A DNA stretch of 64,000 bases, taken from Octopus vulgaris (Eukaryota). The stretch spans positions 19,220,001-19,284,000 of the forward strand of contig OX597843.1 of assembly GCA_951406725.2 (NCBI GenBank), read 5' to 3'. The notes beneath the pieces are model-generated. The model made no database searches and was not told the DNA's origin. It saw nothing but the letters and a program-made list of their open reading frames with translations. Position 1 is the stretch's first letter. Every line of letters begins with the position of its first letter. Below, piece by piece: positions 27,169 to 42,357 of the stretch. Both the position numbers and the translations under genes were made by a program.

Positions 27169-27270
27169 CACTACAATCATTTCGATTTCATTCTGCACTG
27201 TTCCCGAGAGGGCGTGAGCGATGTAATGACACCAAATGCAATGCACAGTGCAAAAGAGCTTCATCAGGTG
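27169..27270 (-). ncRNA. Decayed type I hammerhead motif, family E
   Basis: Minus strand reads CAC-CUGAUGA-...UUUUGCACUG...CAGUGCAGAA...-GAAA-UGAUUG-UA-GUG; stem III looks like CpG-decayed CGAUCG; base of stem II is disrupted. Confidence 0.5.
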
Positions 27271-28349
27271 ACGAAACATGCTTCAAAGGTTAGCAGATTT
27301 ACATTTCCTTTTCGCTCCAGGTTATATGCTAATGGTAACATTCCAGCAGTTTAGACACATTTGGTTAAGTGAGGAAGATGTAGTCAGGAAGAAAATTGAA
27401 AAATAAAAAAACACACAAAGTATCTCATATAAATTGCGGTGGGGAGTTGGTAGTTGTCGTCAAGAAATCGTAGCTAAAAAATAAAGAATAAAAATTACAA
27501 AGAATCTAATGTAGACGGAGGGGGGTGGGGGTGGAAAGGGTGTTTATGGCATTAGATAAAACGGCTTAATCGTTTGCTGCCGGCTACAGCAATCAAGTGC
27601 AACATGGTGAGAAAGTTTAGTGGGGATGTTATTCCAGTGTTGAGACTTTGCAGCTGCCTAAACCGACACACACACACACACAGTCAAGCACTCACACATA
27701 CATTCATGCGTGTGTGCGCACGCATGTAAACATTCATGCGCACATGCGAAGCACACGCCCGTCCGCATACACATACATACATATCGACAGACATCAGCCA
27801 TCCTGTCAATAGGCACCCACATTCTCTCACTCACGGACACATGGACATATGCTCCCCCATATATATGCAATCGCGCCACCGAGCTCGTGTACATATACGC
27901 ATCTGTCTATATTTAAACGCACACTGATCGTCCCCTTCCCACACCCAGGTAAACCCGTGCGCATGCGCACTGACACACGCATACGCGTACACGCACACAT
28001 ACACATACACAACTCGGTATTCCGGACACAGATTCAATGAGGAACGCACAGTTTTGCTTATTCCGCTTGAAAGCCATGAGTGGTAAATGTGCTCTGCACG
28101 TACCCTGCCTGGGACCTACCCTGAGACAAGGTTTGGATACGGTATTTAACGCCTACTTTGCAAACCTTAATTCTTTAATTTTAAATTTCACTAAGATATA
28201 TGTGTGTGGGGGGGGGTTGCACTTGTGGGTGTGTGAACATTTGTGTGTGTGCGTATGTGTGAATGTTTGTGTATACATGTCAGTACATATATATATGTGT
28301 GTATGTGTGTGTGTGTGTGTGTGTGTATGTGTGTGTGTGTGTATATATG

Positions 28350-28384
<35 letters not shown>

Positions 28385-28621
28385 ATATGTATATGTATAC
28401 ATATATAAAAATATATATGTATATTTATATATATATGTATATATGTGTATATACGTACATATATGTATATATATATATGTATATATATGTGTATATATAT
28501 GTATATATATATGTGTATATATATATGTGTATATATATATGTATATATATGTATATATATGTATGTATATATATGTATATATATATATGTATACATATGT
28601 GTATATATATATATATGTATA

Positions 28622-28672
<51 letters not shown>

Positions 28673-28789
28673 TTATATATGTGTATATATATGTGTATAT
28701 ATATTCTTTCATTTTCATCTAGTTTCAGCTCACGAGCTGTGGCCATGCTGGGGCACCGCCATTTGGTGTTGCTACATGATTTTACTTCA

Positions 28790-31700
28790 CGAATGCTTTT
28801 TAGCATCTGCCATTTGGTGCATGAGAGAGTTCGATGCAGCTGCCCTCATCCGCACCTCCTGCCGTGAAGTTGGTCCATCTGGGACACCTGACAAGAAGAG
28901 ATCCAGCTCCATTTTAAAGACATCTGTATCCACCCCATGCAGGTCTCTCAGGTTCTTCGGGAGGATACTGAAGAACTGTGGGCCTCTGAAGCCCAGGCTA
29001 TCGCAGTATCTTGTCCTACATCTTGATGGCAAATTTGGAGTCCTTGGCACTATGCAGTGGCGCCCAGTTCTGGCATTTGGGACAAGTGGGACAAGTCCTT
29101 CTAGGATCTTCCAGATGTGATATTATGGCATATCTTTCTCGCCTACGCTCTAAGGAATAGAGTTTTAATCTCTTGAGTCTTTCCCAGTAGCTTATATGCT
29201 GCACAGAGGCTATCTTCTTCATGTAGCTTCGTTGGATCGCCTCAAGTTCCGTGATTAACTTGACACTGGATGGTGACCATAGCTGAGAGCAATAGTCAAA
29301 GTGGCTTAGGATAAGTGTCCTCCAAAGGACCATCATGGTTTTCTGGTCTCTTGTTCTAAAAGCTCTAAGAATCCATCCGGTCAGCCACCTACATTTCATT
29401 GCATATTTAGCAACATGCACATGAAAGGTTGCATCATTACTCATGTAAATACCCAGGTCTCGCACTGATTGTGCCTCTGGGATTGCAATCCCTCCAGGTC
29501 CAGTGTATTTATTGGGTATTACATTTAGTTTTGCATGCTGATAGTATAAAGCTTGAAACTTTTCAGCATTCAACTACATGCTATTCTTCACATTGCAGGT
29601 GCTTAGTGTCTTCTGAGTTCTGTATTGCCTGTGAAACGTTCGTATCATCTGCATAACTTGTGATCATGGCTTTCTGTGTGGCTGAGGGCATGTCTGAGAG
29701 AGCCATTATGAACAGCAGTGGTCCCAAAACAGTGCCTTGTGGAACACCGCTCACTATTTGCGTGTTAATGGAAGTGGCCCCATATGCTACTGCCACCTGG
29801 CTACTATCGTTCAGAAAATCATGAAGCCATTCATCCAATTTTCCAGCTATGCCAAGATCACGCAGTTTGTGACATATCATTCCATGATCGACTTTATCAA
29901 AGGCCTTTGCAAAGTCAAGATATATCACTTCCACATTTGAGTGGTTGAGCAGTTGTTTCAGCACCCAGTCATAGTGTTGTAGGAGCTGAGTTAAGCAGCT
30001 TCTTCCTGGTCGGAAACCATGTTGGGTGTCAGGCAGCAAGTCATTTTCTTCAAGGAAGGTGATTAGTTTCCTTCTGACTATTCGTTCCATGACCTTGCTG
30101 ATGTGTGAGGTCAGAGAGATAGGTCTGTAGTTCTTGGCCTCCACTCTGCTACCTCCTTTATGAATAGGGCATATTTTACCCTCCTTCAGGTTCCTTGGAA
30201 GTTTGCCAGTTGCAAGGAAGCTCTGAAAGAGGAACTGCAGTGGTCTTGCTAGGACTCTCTTACATACTTTTAGAAGGATTGCTGGGAATCCATCGGGGTC
30301 AGTAGATGAGTTTGTTTTCATTTCATCTATAGCCTTTATTACATCGTTTTCCTTTTTATTGATGTAATCAATAATCATTGCCTCTGATTTTATATCTGAA
30401 GTGGTAAAGAAGTCAGTTAGATTGCTGACTTGAAAATGCCCTAGGGGTGGAGTGAAAATACTCTTGAATTGCTCATTTAGTATTTCACTTATCCTCATTG
30501 GATTTCCTGTGTGTGTGCCATCCTTTTCAAGGAGTGGCCCTATCCTACAATGCACCGTAGCTGTTTCTTTGGCATACCTGTAGAAAGCTCTGGGGTTAGA
30601 TTTTATGTTGTCTATAGCCCAGGCTTCTTTGTCTGCTCTTTCTTTTCATGGGAGAGTTGCAGACATTTTTCAATTTCCAACAGTTTTATATTCAGGCGGG
30701 ACTTTTCACTGCTTTCAATTTGTTTGTTTAGGCGATTTGAAATTTTTGTATGCCGTCTCATTAAAATCTTCCTGTCTCTGGGGATTTTGTTCTTGTGTAC
30801 AGTGGCCTTTCTCTCTGGACACATTTGTAGCATATGGCTTGCATTACAGACATGAATTGTTGAAGTTTCACGTCGATGGCTGGTGAGGAGAGACATTCAG
30901 GCCAGTTTTGTTTGAGGATCTCTTTCTCAATTTGTTTCCAGTTTGCCTTATGGAAGTTCAAGCTGGAAAGATTCTGAGAGCTTCTTGTAGGCTGCATGTC
31001 CATGCTTTCCTTTGGCCCATACATGGTCAGCTCTACCATGTTGTGATCCGAGAGTAGTGTCGGTGTCACTTTCACATTATGGATGAGATCCATATTATTT
31101 GTGAAGCAGAGATCCAGTATGTTAAATGCCCGGGTTGGTTGGAGTACTATTTGCTCCATATACTGAGTGTTGATGAGGTTCAGGAGGGACCTCACCTGTC
31201 CTCGTTCGCATCGTGTCATTCCTGGGAGAGAAAGGCCCTCGGGCCATCTGACATTGGGTAGATTGAAGTCTCCCATAAGAAGTACACTTATGTGTTGTTC
31301 TAATGTGATTAGGACTTCTTCTATTTTTATAAGGCAGTCTTCAAACTTGCCTACATGGCTTGGGGCATCTGGAGGGCCATATGTAGCACACACAACTACA
31401 CCAAGTTGCCTTATATGTACACTTAGTGTGTCACACACCGAAATTGAGAATGACAAAAGGACCTGGGGTGTGCGGTCCTCACGGATGTACATAGCAACTC
31501 CTCCATGACTCCTTCCTTTTCTGTCGGTCCGTAATACAACATACTGTGGTATGTGTATTTCCGCATCTGCTATGTCCGGTTTCAGGTGTGTTTCCGTAAG
31601 TGCTATGCATAGGGCTTGATTGCCTGCAACAAAGTCTCTCAAGAAAGGGATTTTTGTCCCGTTACTGAGTGTTAGCAGTCCGCTGATGTTCAGTAGGAGC

Positions 31701-32370
31701 ATCGAGGTGATGTGTGCGTTGTTGCCAGTGGTGTCCACCTTGAGTCTATTTGCTGTGGCGGTCTTGTGTATTGTGGATAGTCCCATCTGCGAGTTTGAGT
31801 TTGATGGAGCCAGGTTAGCTTCTGAACAATCTTTTGTGCCATGCACAAAAACGATTCTTGTTCAGCAGCTTCCCTTTCAATAGCATGTTGATGGTTTGTA
31901 ACACACACTACATCTGCGTACCTCCGTTTTGGGGCAGGTGGTGCATAGTCCTTTCCTTTTCCTTTTGGCTGGTGTATTCTGCCCTGTTTCATGTGGAAGG
32001 GTCTTTGGAGTGCAAAACGGCAGCCTGCACCATCCTTTCCATGCCAGCAGACACCTTTCAGCTAGAATTTACACATTCGTGTGCGCTGTCTCTTTCTATC
32101 CTTTTTGGTACATGGATAGTCAGGTTGGCTTCTTTCCTTGGCTGTTTCATCTTTTGGTTTTGCTTGAGTTTTTCCGTCTTTGGCTGTTTCATCTTTTGTT
32201 TTTCTTTTTGTTTTTCCTTCTTTTACTTCTTTGTGGGCTCTTTCATCTCCATGGTTTTGTCTTTTGATGCCGGTAGGGGCACTTGCACTTGGGTTTACTT
32301 CCCGAGCAGGTTTCTCACTGTTTGTCTACCAAGTGGGGGTGACATCTTTCACTATGGGCTCCGTGTGAGC
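28790..32370 (-). mobile_element. Near full-length CR1/Jockey-group LINE, disrupted
   Basis: APE endonuclease (ALTETHL, MGDFNLP, ILDLCF, SDHNMV), RT (NYRPISLTS, YLDFAKAFDKV, GVPQGTVLGP, YADDT), C-terminus LERRR; upstream Lys-rich ORF1 remnant with a Cys/His finger. Confidence 0.92.
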
Positions 32371-33017
32371 AGTCATCTAAACGTTTTATGCATATACGTA
32401 CCCGCACATATACATACATATATATATATACACATATACATACATATATATATATATACACATATACATACATATATATATACACATATACATACATACA
32501 TATATATATACACATATACATACATATATATATATACACATATACATACATATATATATATATACACATATACATACATATATATATATACACATACACT
32601 ACATACATATATATATACACATATACATACATATATATATATACACATATACATACATAAATGTATATACGCGCACACATATATACACACACGCACACGT
32701 GTATGTATATATATATCCCTACACACACATATACACATACACACATGTATATGTACATATGTATATATGCACTCGAATAAAGATACATATATATATGTAT
32801 ATACTTTATAAACAGCAGAAAATTCAACAAAACCTGTTACTCTACGTATATACGTTACATTCGTCGGACATGTACGTACATACCTTGTTTCACATATATG
32901 TGTTTACTCCAGTGTATATGTATATATATATATATATATACATGCACACTCACACATACACACCCAAAAATAATAAATGTATATACGCGCACACATATAT
33001 ACACACACGCACACGTG

Positions 33018-33061
<44 letters not shown>

Positions 33062-33065
<4 letters not shown>

Positions 33066-33253
33066 TGCAGCACCCAGTGAACAGGTCGCGGACTTTAGCG
33101 ACGAAAATATTTTGACAAATTAAACTTAAATGTTGAAGTGAATCGAACGGCTTTGTGTGTTTCTTAAATGGTTTATAAACACCTTCACGCTGCAATTGTT
33201 TTCGTTTCAGCACACGGTCTCAGATCAAATTACTTGCTATGCAGGTACATCTC
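33062..33253. mobile_element. Short non-autonomous DNA transposon (GAGATG...CATCTC termini), copy 1
   Basis: Short inverted termini; a second similar copy lies at 54976-55178; next to TA tracts. Confidence 0.6.
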
Positions 33254-33256
33254 CTA

Positions 33257-34574
<1,318 letters not shown>

Positions 34575-36380
34575 AACGGGAAGGTTTACGAAAATAAACA
34601 AAAGACGAAGGCAGGTGGAGTACAAACAAACAAATGTATTAGTATGGCGCTCAGGAATAGAAATAGAACAAGTCTTTTACGTTTCGAGCCTACGCTCTTT
34701 GACAGAAAAATACACAGAAAAGAAACAAGGGGAGAAAAACAATTTGCATGTAGGGGCTAACGATCCAACATGGCATTCTGATTTCAGAAGTCAAACGTTA
34801 GAGGTCAGACATTAGACGCTAGAGGGATAGTAGGGGAGATAACAGGGTCAAGTGACCTCGCTCCAACCTGAAGGTGCGTGTGTGCATCAGAGAGTATGTA
34901 TGTGCATGTGGAAGAGGGCTGGTGGTCTGGACGTGTGTATGTATGTATGATGTGATGTGTAATGTCGTATGGTGTAGTGTAGTGTGGTGTGGGGGAGAGT
35001 GAGAGGGGATGAGGGGAGGGAAGAGAGGGGAGATGAGGGGAGGAGAGAGAGGAGATGAGGCGAGGAGAGGGTGGAGGAGGAGGGTATGGGAGGAGGGGAT
35101 TAGGAGGGGAGAGAGAAGGAAGGAGAGGAGGAGGAAGGAAGGGGAGGGGAGAAGGGGGAGAAGGAGAGGAGGGGAGAGGGAGAGGAAGAGGAGGGAAAGG
35201 AGGGGAGAGGGAGAAGAGGAGGAGGGGAAGAGAAGGGGAGTGAGGGAGCAGAGAGAAGAGAGAGGGGGAAGAGGGAAGAAGAAAGAAGAAAGAAGAAGAG
35301 GGAAGAAGGGAAAGGAGGGAAGAAGAGGGAAAGAGAGTAGGGGTGAAAAGATGAAGGACTGAAGAGAAGTAGATGAAAAGGGGGAGAGTTGAGACCAAAT
35401 GGCGTAAAAGATCGAAGAGAGAAGTTTAATCCCTGTTCACAGCGCAAACGGGAATCCGGATGGCCTCTGTGCAAGGACAATCCGAACACAGACAGGTGAT
35501 CAAAGGAGTGACCGGTGGAGCGGAAATGGCGTGAGACCGGTGTGTCATTGGCAAGGCGGATGTCTCGGAGGTGTTCTGCGAACCGGTCAGCCAAGCGGCG
35601 TCCCGTTTGTCCGATGTACAGGGAATGGCAGAGAGAGTAGGAAATGCAATAGATGATATTGCTGGAGGTGCAGGTGAAGGAGTCGATGATGCGGTAGGGT
35701 CGATGATAGGTGCCAGTGAGGAGGGTGGTGTTGGAGAGGTAACGGCAAGTGCGGCAACGTGGGCGGGAGCAGGGGAATGAGCCAGGTTGGGAGGTAGGGG
35801 CAGGGAAGAAGCTGTGGACCAAGAGGTCTCGTAGGTTATGGGCTCGTTTGAAAGAGGGGAGGGGTCGGTTAGGGAAGAGGTGTGAAGTGGACGGGTCGGA
35901 CTGGAGATGCCGGAAAGCTTGAAGAATTGTGCGTTGGAGAGGTAGCGTGGTGGGGTGATAAGTGAGGGGAAAAGGGAGGCGGGAGACTGCAGGGCGGGTT
36001 CGGGGGGTAGAGAGAAGATGCACGGTCTACGGAACGCGCTCTGGCAAGGGCGGTGTGGATAGTGGTGAGGGGATATCCACGTAGGATGAAGTGGCGAGCC
36101 ATGAGTTGAGACTGAGTCTCAAGTCATGGTCGTCACTACAGAGCCTACGTAGACGGAGGAATTGGGAATAGGGGATGGAAAGCTTGGTGTGTTTGGGGTG
36201 GGAGGAAGAGAAGTTTAGGTATGAGTGTGAGTCTGTGTGTTTGTAGTGAATGGAGGTGGTAAGAGAGGAGTGATGAATGCTGACCGAAATGTCGAGGAAG
36301 GAGACAGAGGTATAGGAGATAGTGGAGGTGAAGTGGAGGGCAGGATGGAAGGATTGAACGAAAGAGAGGAAGGAATCTAG
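34575..36380 (-). mobile_element. 5'-truncated Neptune-like Penelope element (RT C-terminus plus GIY-YIG)
   Basis: VSFLDISV, HYKHTDSHSYLNFSSSHP, SIPYSQF; CSRPRCRTC, NIIYCI...YIGQTGRRLADRFAEH; pyrimidine-rich 3' region. Confidence 0.9.
34674..34710 (-). ncRNA. Minimal hammerhead-like motif in the Neptune-like 3' repeat (non-canonical core)
   Basis: Minus strand reads UUUU-CUGUCAA-A-GAGC-GUAG-GCUC-GAAA-CG-UA-AAAG; the core deviates from CUGANGA at two positions. Confidence 0.45.
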
Positions 36381-37710
36381 ATATATAAGGGGAGGTGATT
36401 TAGAAGAGTAAATTAATCAAATTTCATGGATAGTGAGTTGATATTAATGAATTAAAAAATGGTATCTATTGGGAATAAAATTTCTACCTGCGGATAAAAG
36501 TTAATTAGTTAGGTAAAAATATCTTAGGTTAATTATATATTAAGAAATTTAAGTGAGATAATGAGGATGAACCAAATAGTTACCCTAGGGACATAGGATT
36601 AATACTACTTAGTATTGGAGAACATTATAAAAAGAAGAATATAATTTTAAGTTTATAATGAAGTTCTTTAATTATTTATGAGTGTTAAACTAAAACCAGT
36701 ATGGTATATTCGTTCCTATTTGGTTAAATATATATTTTGTAAAGATATCTTAGACTAATTATATATTAAGAAATGGAAGTGAGATAATCAAGGTGAACCG
36801 AATAGTTTCTTTAGGGACATAGGGTTCATGCTATTTAGTATTCCTACTTATTGGGATTCATGCTATTTAGGATTCGAACTATTTAGATTCATACAGTTTA
36901 ATTTTAGAAAAAAGAAGAATTCAATTTTAAGTTTGCAGTGAAGTCTTTTTTAGTCATCTATAAATGTTAACTTGAAAACCAGTATGGAATATTCCTACTT
37001 ATTTGGTTTTAAGGAATTAAAATTTGAAAAATATAGGAATATTCACAAAATTATTATTTAAAGTATTTAAACGTTCGGGTTGTACGATGTATACAAGATG
37101 CTCCCAGCTCCAAACGGTTATTCAACAGATTTGTATTAATCTGATGTTTTAAAATTTCATAAGTTTCCATAGAACAAAGTTGACAACCATCCCTACTATT
37201 TCTATAAGGTTGCACCCTTCTTACTATATCCCATTTTAGGTTGAATTCTATATTATTTGTTTTTAGTTCCCAAATATTGCTAGATAATGTTGTGCAACCT
37301 GCCTTATGTTTGAGCCTAAAAGAGGAAAAATGATTGTTAAGACGTCTTTTAAGATCCACCAAACAAAAGAAATAAAGAAAGCTATTGTTAGAAGTTATTA
37401 TCGTGCATTTATAAATCACGTTTTGGACCGAACAACGACCAGATACCGGACATTTTGATCTAATCCTACAATTACAACTGGGGGGATAGTGTCCGGTACT
37501 GGAATTATTTAAGGACAGTTCATATCCATTACTGTTATTTAAATTATTATTAGTATTAGTATTATTTTCATTATTAGTAATTACGTTGTTATGCAAATTA
37601 GGGTTACTAGTTATTAATCCATCCTCATTATCATCACCTACCATACTTTTATTTATACTACCTATATTATTGGTATTGCTATTATCACTATTTACATCAA
37701 TGTTGTTGTT

Positions 37711-37742
<32 letters not shown>

Positions 37743-37789
37743 TATTAATATTATTTTTATTATTACCATTATTATTATCATTATTAATC

Positions 37790-39322
37790 TATGTTTGACT
37801 TTTGCTTTATATTTGTACAACTTGGCTCCAAGTCCCACCCAGAGACATCAAGAGACAACAGGTTGGAAGTTCATGTTGTTGTGATGCCTAGTGTGCCATA
37901 TATTTGGGGTCTTTTTGGTGTTTTACTAGTGAATGTCCAAACAAAAAGAAAACGAAAAAAAAGAAAATTATGTTTGTTTTAAACCTTCAGATTACATAGA
38001 AAGTATTTTGCGTAGGATATGAGCAGTCCCCATGAGCACTATCTTTTCAATTTCTGCCATTTTGGGGTTTCTTGGTATCTGCGTTAGGTAGCGATCAGCC
38101 CCTTTTGCTATCATTCCCAGGGCACCTATGACAACAGGTACTGTTTTAGTTTTCAGGTTCCACATTTTGCTGATTTCTATTTCAAGATCTTTATATTTGC
38201 TCAGTTTTTGGTAGGTCTTGACAGATACGTTTATATCGATTGGGACAGTCATATCAATGAGGAGGCATGTTCTTTGTTTGAAGCCTTTCAATATGATATC
38301 TGGCCTATTTGCATCTATCTTTCTGTCATTTTGAATGGTGAAGTTCCAGAGGAGTGAGAGGTGGTCATTTTCAAGCACTGGAGGTGGATTGTGTTCCCAC
38401 CAGTTTCTTTCATGGGGAAAATCCAGGTTTTTGCAAATTACCAAGTGAATATATTGTGCAGCTCTATCATGCCTGTTGAGTTACTCTGTAGGCGTTAGAA
38501 GACTGCATTTGGAGACAACATGATCAATGGTTTCATTTTGCTGTTGACATACACGACATGTTGGGCTACCGCCGTTCTTTAATATGTTGGCCTGATAGTT
38601 CCTTGTTGGTAGTCATTGATCTTGAGCTGCTATGATAAACCCTTCTGTCTCAGATTTTAAGCCAGAGGCCATTAGCCATTGATGGGTCAGGGCTTTGTCA
38701 ATATCTGCATTATTTGCTCTCTTTGGGTATTTGCCATAGAGAGGTTTTTCTTGCCATTTATCATTCAGAATATCTAAGGCCGCAGATTTAGTACGGGTTT
38801 TCATGCGCTTAGCTTTTTCTGTGCCTGTTTCTTGTATGTCTATCTCTAATTCCGAAATTTGTTGTATTCGGAATTCACTTAGATATTCCTTTGCCTGTTT
38901 TGTTACTGAGTATGATGCTTTCTTGCTTTCATGTTTTGAGACAAGTTTTAACATCCAGTCCTCAGAGTTTTTCAGGTAGGTGTCTAGGCCAATTGCAGCA
39001 ATCTTCATTGTTATTGCCAGTTGTAAAAGTCCACGGCCTCCCTCTTTTCTTGGCAGATAAAGTCGTTCTGTATCTGCCTTAGGGTGGTGCATTCTATGCA
39101 TTGTCAACAGTTTTCGTATTTTTCTGTCAAGATTACATATTTTAGTAATTGACCAGTTAACGATATTGAAACTGTAAGTCACGACTGGTATGGCTAAAGC
39201 ATTGATCGCTTCGATCCTGTTTTTCGCATTCAGCTCTGTCTTGAGTATTGCTCTTACTCTGCGATAACATTCTCTCCTGATCCTTTCCTTCACCACTGAA
39301 TGCCTTATTCCGTCCCCTTCAA
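37790..39322 (-). mobile_element. 5'-truncated R4/Dong-like non-LTR element (restriction-like endonuclease)
   Basis: RLYLPRKEGGRGL, ETEGFIIAAQDQ, CRVCQQQNETIDHVVSKC (CCHC), ANRPDII...IDMTVP...KLSKY; both junctions lie in (TAA)n-type repeats. Confidence 0.88.
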
Positions 39323-39324
39323 TG

Positions 39325-39375
<51 letters not shown>

Positions 39376-41495
39376 GTTATTATTATTATTGCTATTTTTA
39401 CAACTATTATTACTATCATTGTTGTTACTATTCATTCTACTCCTGGCTAACTTAATGTTTTTACTATTAAGCCTAGCTATTATGGCAGCCATGTTTGGGA
39501 AATTCTCATTGATCTTTTAGAAATTATTTTATGATATTTATGGGAGGCTGGGAAATTATTTTCCAGTATAGACCTAAATCTACTGTACACGTTCGTCGAG
39601 ATCGTACAATTAAAGGGGATATTTAGCCAAATGACATTTTCTCTCTTATATTTTTTGTTAAAGTAAGAGTGGGAAGGTTTAGTGTTATCAGTATTCATAC
39701 GAGAATTATTGTTCCTTTTAGTATTATTTTTATGCCTATCGGGTTTATCTAGGCTAGCATTTTCATATTTATTTATGATCTGTTTACTATTTCTATTCTT
39801 ATAATTAGGTTTATACGCTAGGTTCTTTTCCTCTATTGATTTATGTTTATTTAGAGTATGAGATTCTTTATTACTTAAGCCATTTACATTCACTTCATTA
39901 TTTCGGAGATTTATGTTGTCAATATCTAGGAAGGTGATTTCCTGCTCATAACCAGCCTTAGATAATGCAACATTATAATGATTAGAGTGAGAGTTAAAGA
40001 TTTCACTATTTGATGATAATTTTGAAATTCTCAGAGAAATATGTTTATCTAATGATATTAGTATATTCGGGGGGTGATTGGATGACTTACATATCTGGTA
40101 ACTTCACCCTCCTATCTAAATGGGTAATGTAACTTTGAATTTAAGTCTCAGGTAACGTGTAGGAAATTAACTATCTGGGTGTCAGGTGAAAATCCTTAAA
40201 AAAAATTGCTAAATTTCTTTTTTATGCTCTCAATACTTGATTTACTGTTGCTAGGTACAACAAACAAAGCATCATCCCTATATAGACTACCTTGTAATTC
40301 TGGGATATCTCTGTTTATGCATTTTAATAAGTATGCTCCTACCAGATTGGTTATCTCCGCCAAGTCACTTGAGCCCATGGGTATATCAAAATTATTAGGG
40401 GTATCCGCCCTAGTCCATAATTTTCCTTCAAATTCGATGATAGTTTTTCTAGCTAATAGGATGATGTCAATTTCTTCTCTAGATATGAGAGCGATTCATA
40501 GCAAAAATAAGTGATTTATTAAGTAGAATGGGGGATATACTAGAATAGTAATTGTTAATGTCAAATTGGATAAAAGAGATTCTATTAGTGTTATCTAGAG
40601 ATTTAAACCAATCTATTACCTCATCTGTATTAATTCATAGACTCAAGGGGAGATTAGGAATTATACGGGGTAGAATATTGTCCAAAATAGATTTGCTAAG
40701 TCGACCAATGTCCGACTTAGTTGGACATATGAGTCTTACCGAGGGGTTTTCGGAGAAAATTTTCTTGTGGTCCTTAAGATTAATCCTGGGTTCACATGGT
40801 TTTAGAGGCTCCGTTCTATCGGTCAGATCATAATTTGCCATAACTTTTTTGATTTCTAAATTAATATCTCTTAGGTTTTTCTTTGTTGTTATGAGCTTGC
40901 TGTAAGTTGCATAATCCATTCTGTAAAGGTTTCCAGTTTTGTCGGCTGGGACCAGGATGTCCTGTTTATCTTGAAGAGATTTAATGAAATCCTTTAGATG
41001 TCTAAGGTGTGGATTATACCTTAGTGGATGTTCCTTGAATTTAATATTTGCAATAAAGTCAAGTAGATCCTTTTCAAAGCTTTTAAGCAATGGATTCAGA
41101 GGTGGGCTCTTCCTACTTCTAAAAATCTTTTTGTAGCGATTATTCAAGTGTGTTAGTTGAGGGTCTTCTTTCGGTTTCGTATCGTGGTGGTAAGTAATCC
41201 ATCTAATTCTTTGGATAAACTCATTGGTTCTGTGGATCAATAGCCATATGTATTCGTCCTTACTATGAAATGGGATATCCTTTGGGGAAAACTCTATATT
41301 TACCTTTTTCATCCTTGTTGAGAAGTTAAGTACCGGAAAGCATACACAATTTATGGAATTATAAGTTCAGCAAAAATTTAGATTCAAATGAATATGGTAC
41401 TTAATTTAGACGCACCAGAATTCTGTGTAGTGTTATCCATATAAATCCGTGGGGTGATTATAATCAAAATAAGCAACAAGAATGACTCCGGTAAT

Positions 41496-41581
41496 TTGGT
41501 ACGATCGTTTCTTACTACATCATTTTATTAAATGTTGTAAGTAATACAACAGTTTTAAAATGCTAAGTACTCATCAGCCAA
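41496..41581 (-). ncRNA. Type I hammerhead motif, family D, in the 5' repeat of the Naiad-like element
   Basis: Minus strand reads UUGG-CUGAUGA-GUACU...AGUAA-GAAA-CGAUCG-UA-CCAA; palindromic stem III; first stem II pair is G-A. Confidence 0.75.
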
Positions 41582-41710
41582 TTATAGAGGTTTTCCATTA
41601 ATACATATATATGTATGTATATGAATGTATGTATATGTATGTATATATATGTATGTATATGTATATATGTATGTATATGTATATATGTATGTATATATGT
41701 ATGTGTACTT

Positions 41711-41918
41711 TTTTACTCTTTTACTCTTTTACTTGTCATTTGACTGCGGCCATGCTGGAGCACTGCCTTTAGTCGAGCAAATAGACCCCGGGACTTATTC
41801 TTTGTAAGCCCAGTACTTATTCTATCGGTCTCTTTTGCCGAACCGCTAAGTGACGGGGAAGTAAACACACCAGCATCGGTTGTCAAGCAATGCTAGGGGG
41901 ACAAACACAGACACACAA

Positions 41919-41951
<33 letters not shown>

Positions 41952-42122
41952 CATATATACGACAGGCTTCTTTCAGTTTCTGTTTACCAAATCCACTCAC
42001 AAGGCATTGGTCAGCCCGGGGCTATAGCAGAAGACACTTGCCCAAGGTGCCACGCAGTGGGACTGAACCCAGAACCATGTGGTTGGTTAGCAAGCTATTT
42101 ACCACACAGCCTCTCCTGCGCC
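41711..42122 (-). mobile_element. tRNA-derived SINE (octopus OR2-like)
   Basis: Minus-strand head AGGCGCAGGAGAGGCTGTGTGGTAA (A box)...GGGTTCAGTCCC (B box), CCTTGGGCAAGTGTCTT, and (GAGTAAAA)-type tail. Family name is from recall. Confidence 0.8.
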
Positions 42123-42297
42123 TATATATATATGTATATGTATATATGTATGTATATGTATATATGTATGCATATGTATATATATATATATGTATATGTA
42201 TATACACATGCATATATATGTATATACATGTATATATGTATGCATATGTATATATATATATATATGTATATGTATATACACATGCATATATATGTAT

Positions 42298-42357
<60 letters not shown>

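Larger units (their letters stand above)
36381..41600 (-). mobile_element. Near full-length Naiad-like Penelope element, disrupted and interrupted by an R4/Dong-like insertion
   Basis: N-terminus FSPKDIP...FIQRIRW, LVPADKTGNLY, PMGSSDLAE, LYRDDA, Asn-rich linker, CNCRIRSKC (CxCx5C), NVIYKC, CQLCSME; hammerhead upstream of the ATG at 41312. Confidence 0.85.

Noticed and set aside
35000-35370. G-rich purine tract and Pro-rich or Arg/Gly-rich ORFs
   Set aside because: Low-complexity expansion in the 3' region of the Neptune-like element; G-quadruplex potential is unremarkable here.
37054-41312. Selenocysteine recoding, as reported for some Naiad elements
   Set aside because: Cys positions in the visible GIY-YIG ORF are ordinary Cys codons; no in-frame UGA at a conserved Cys and no SECIS element could be identified by eye.
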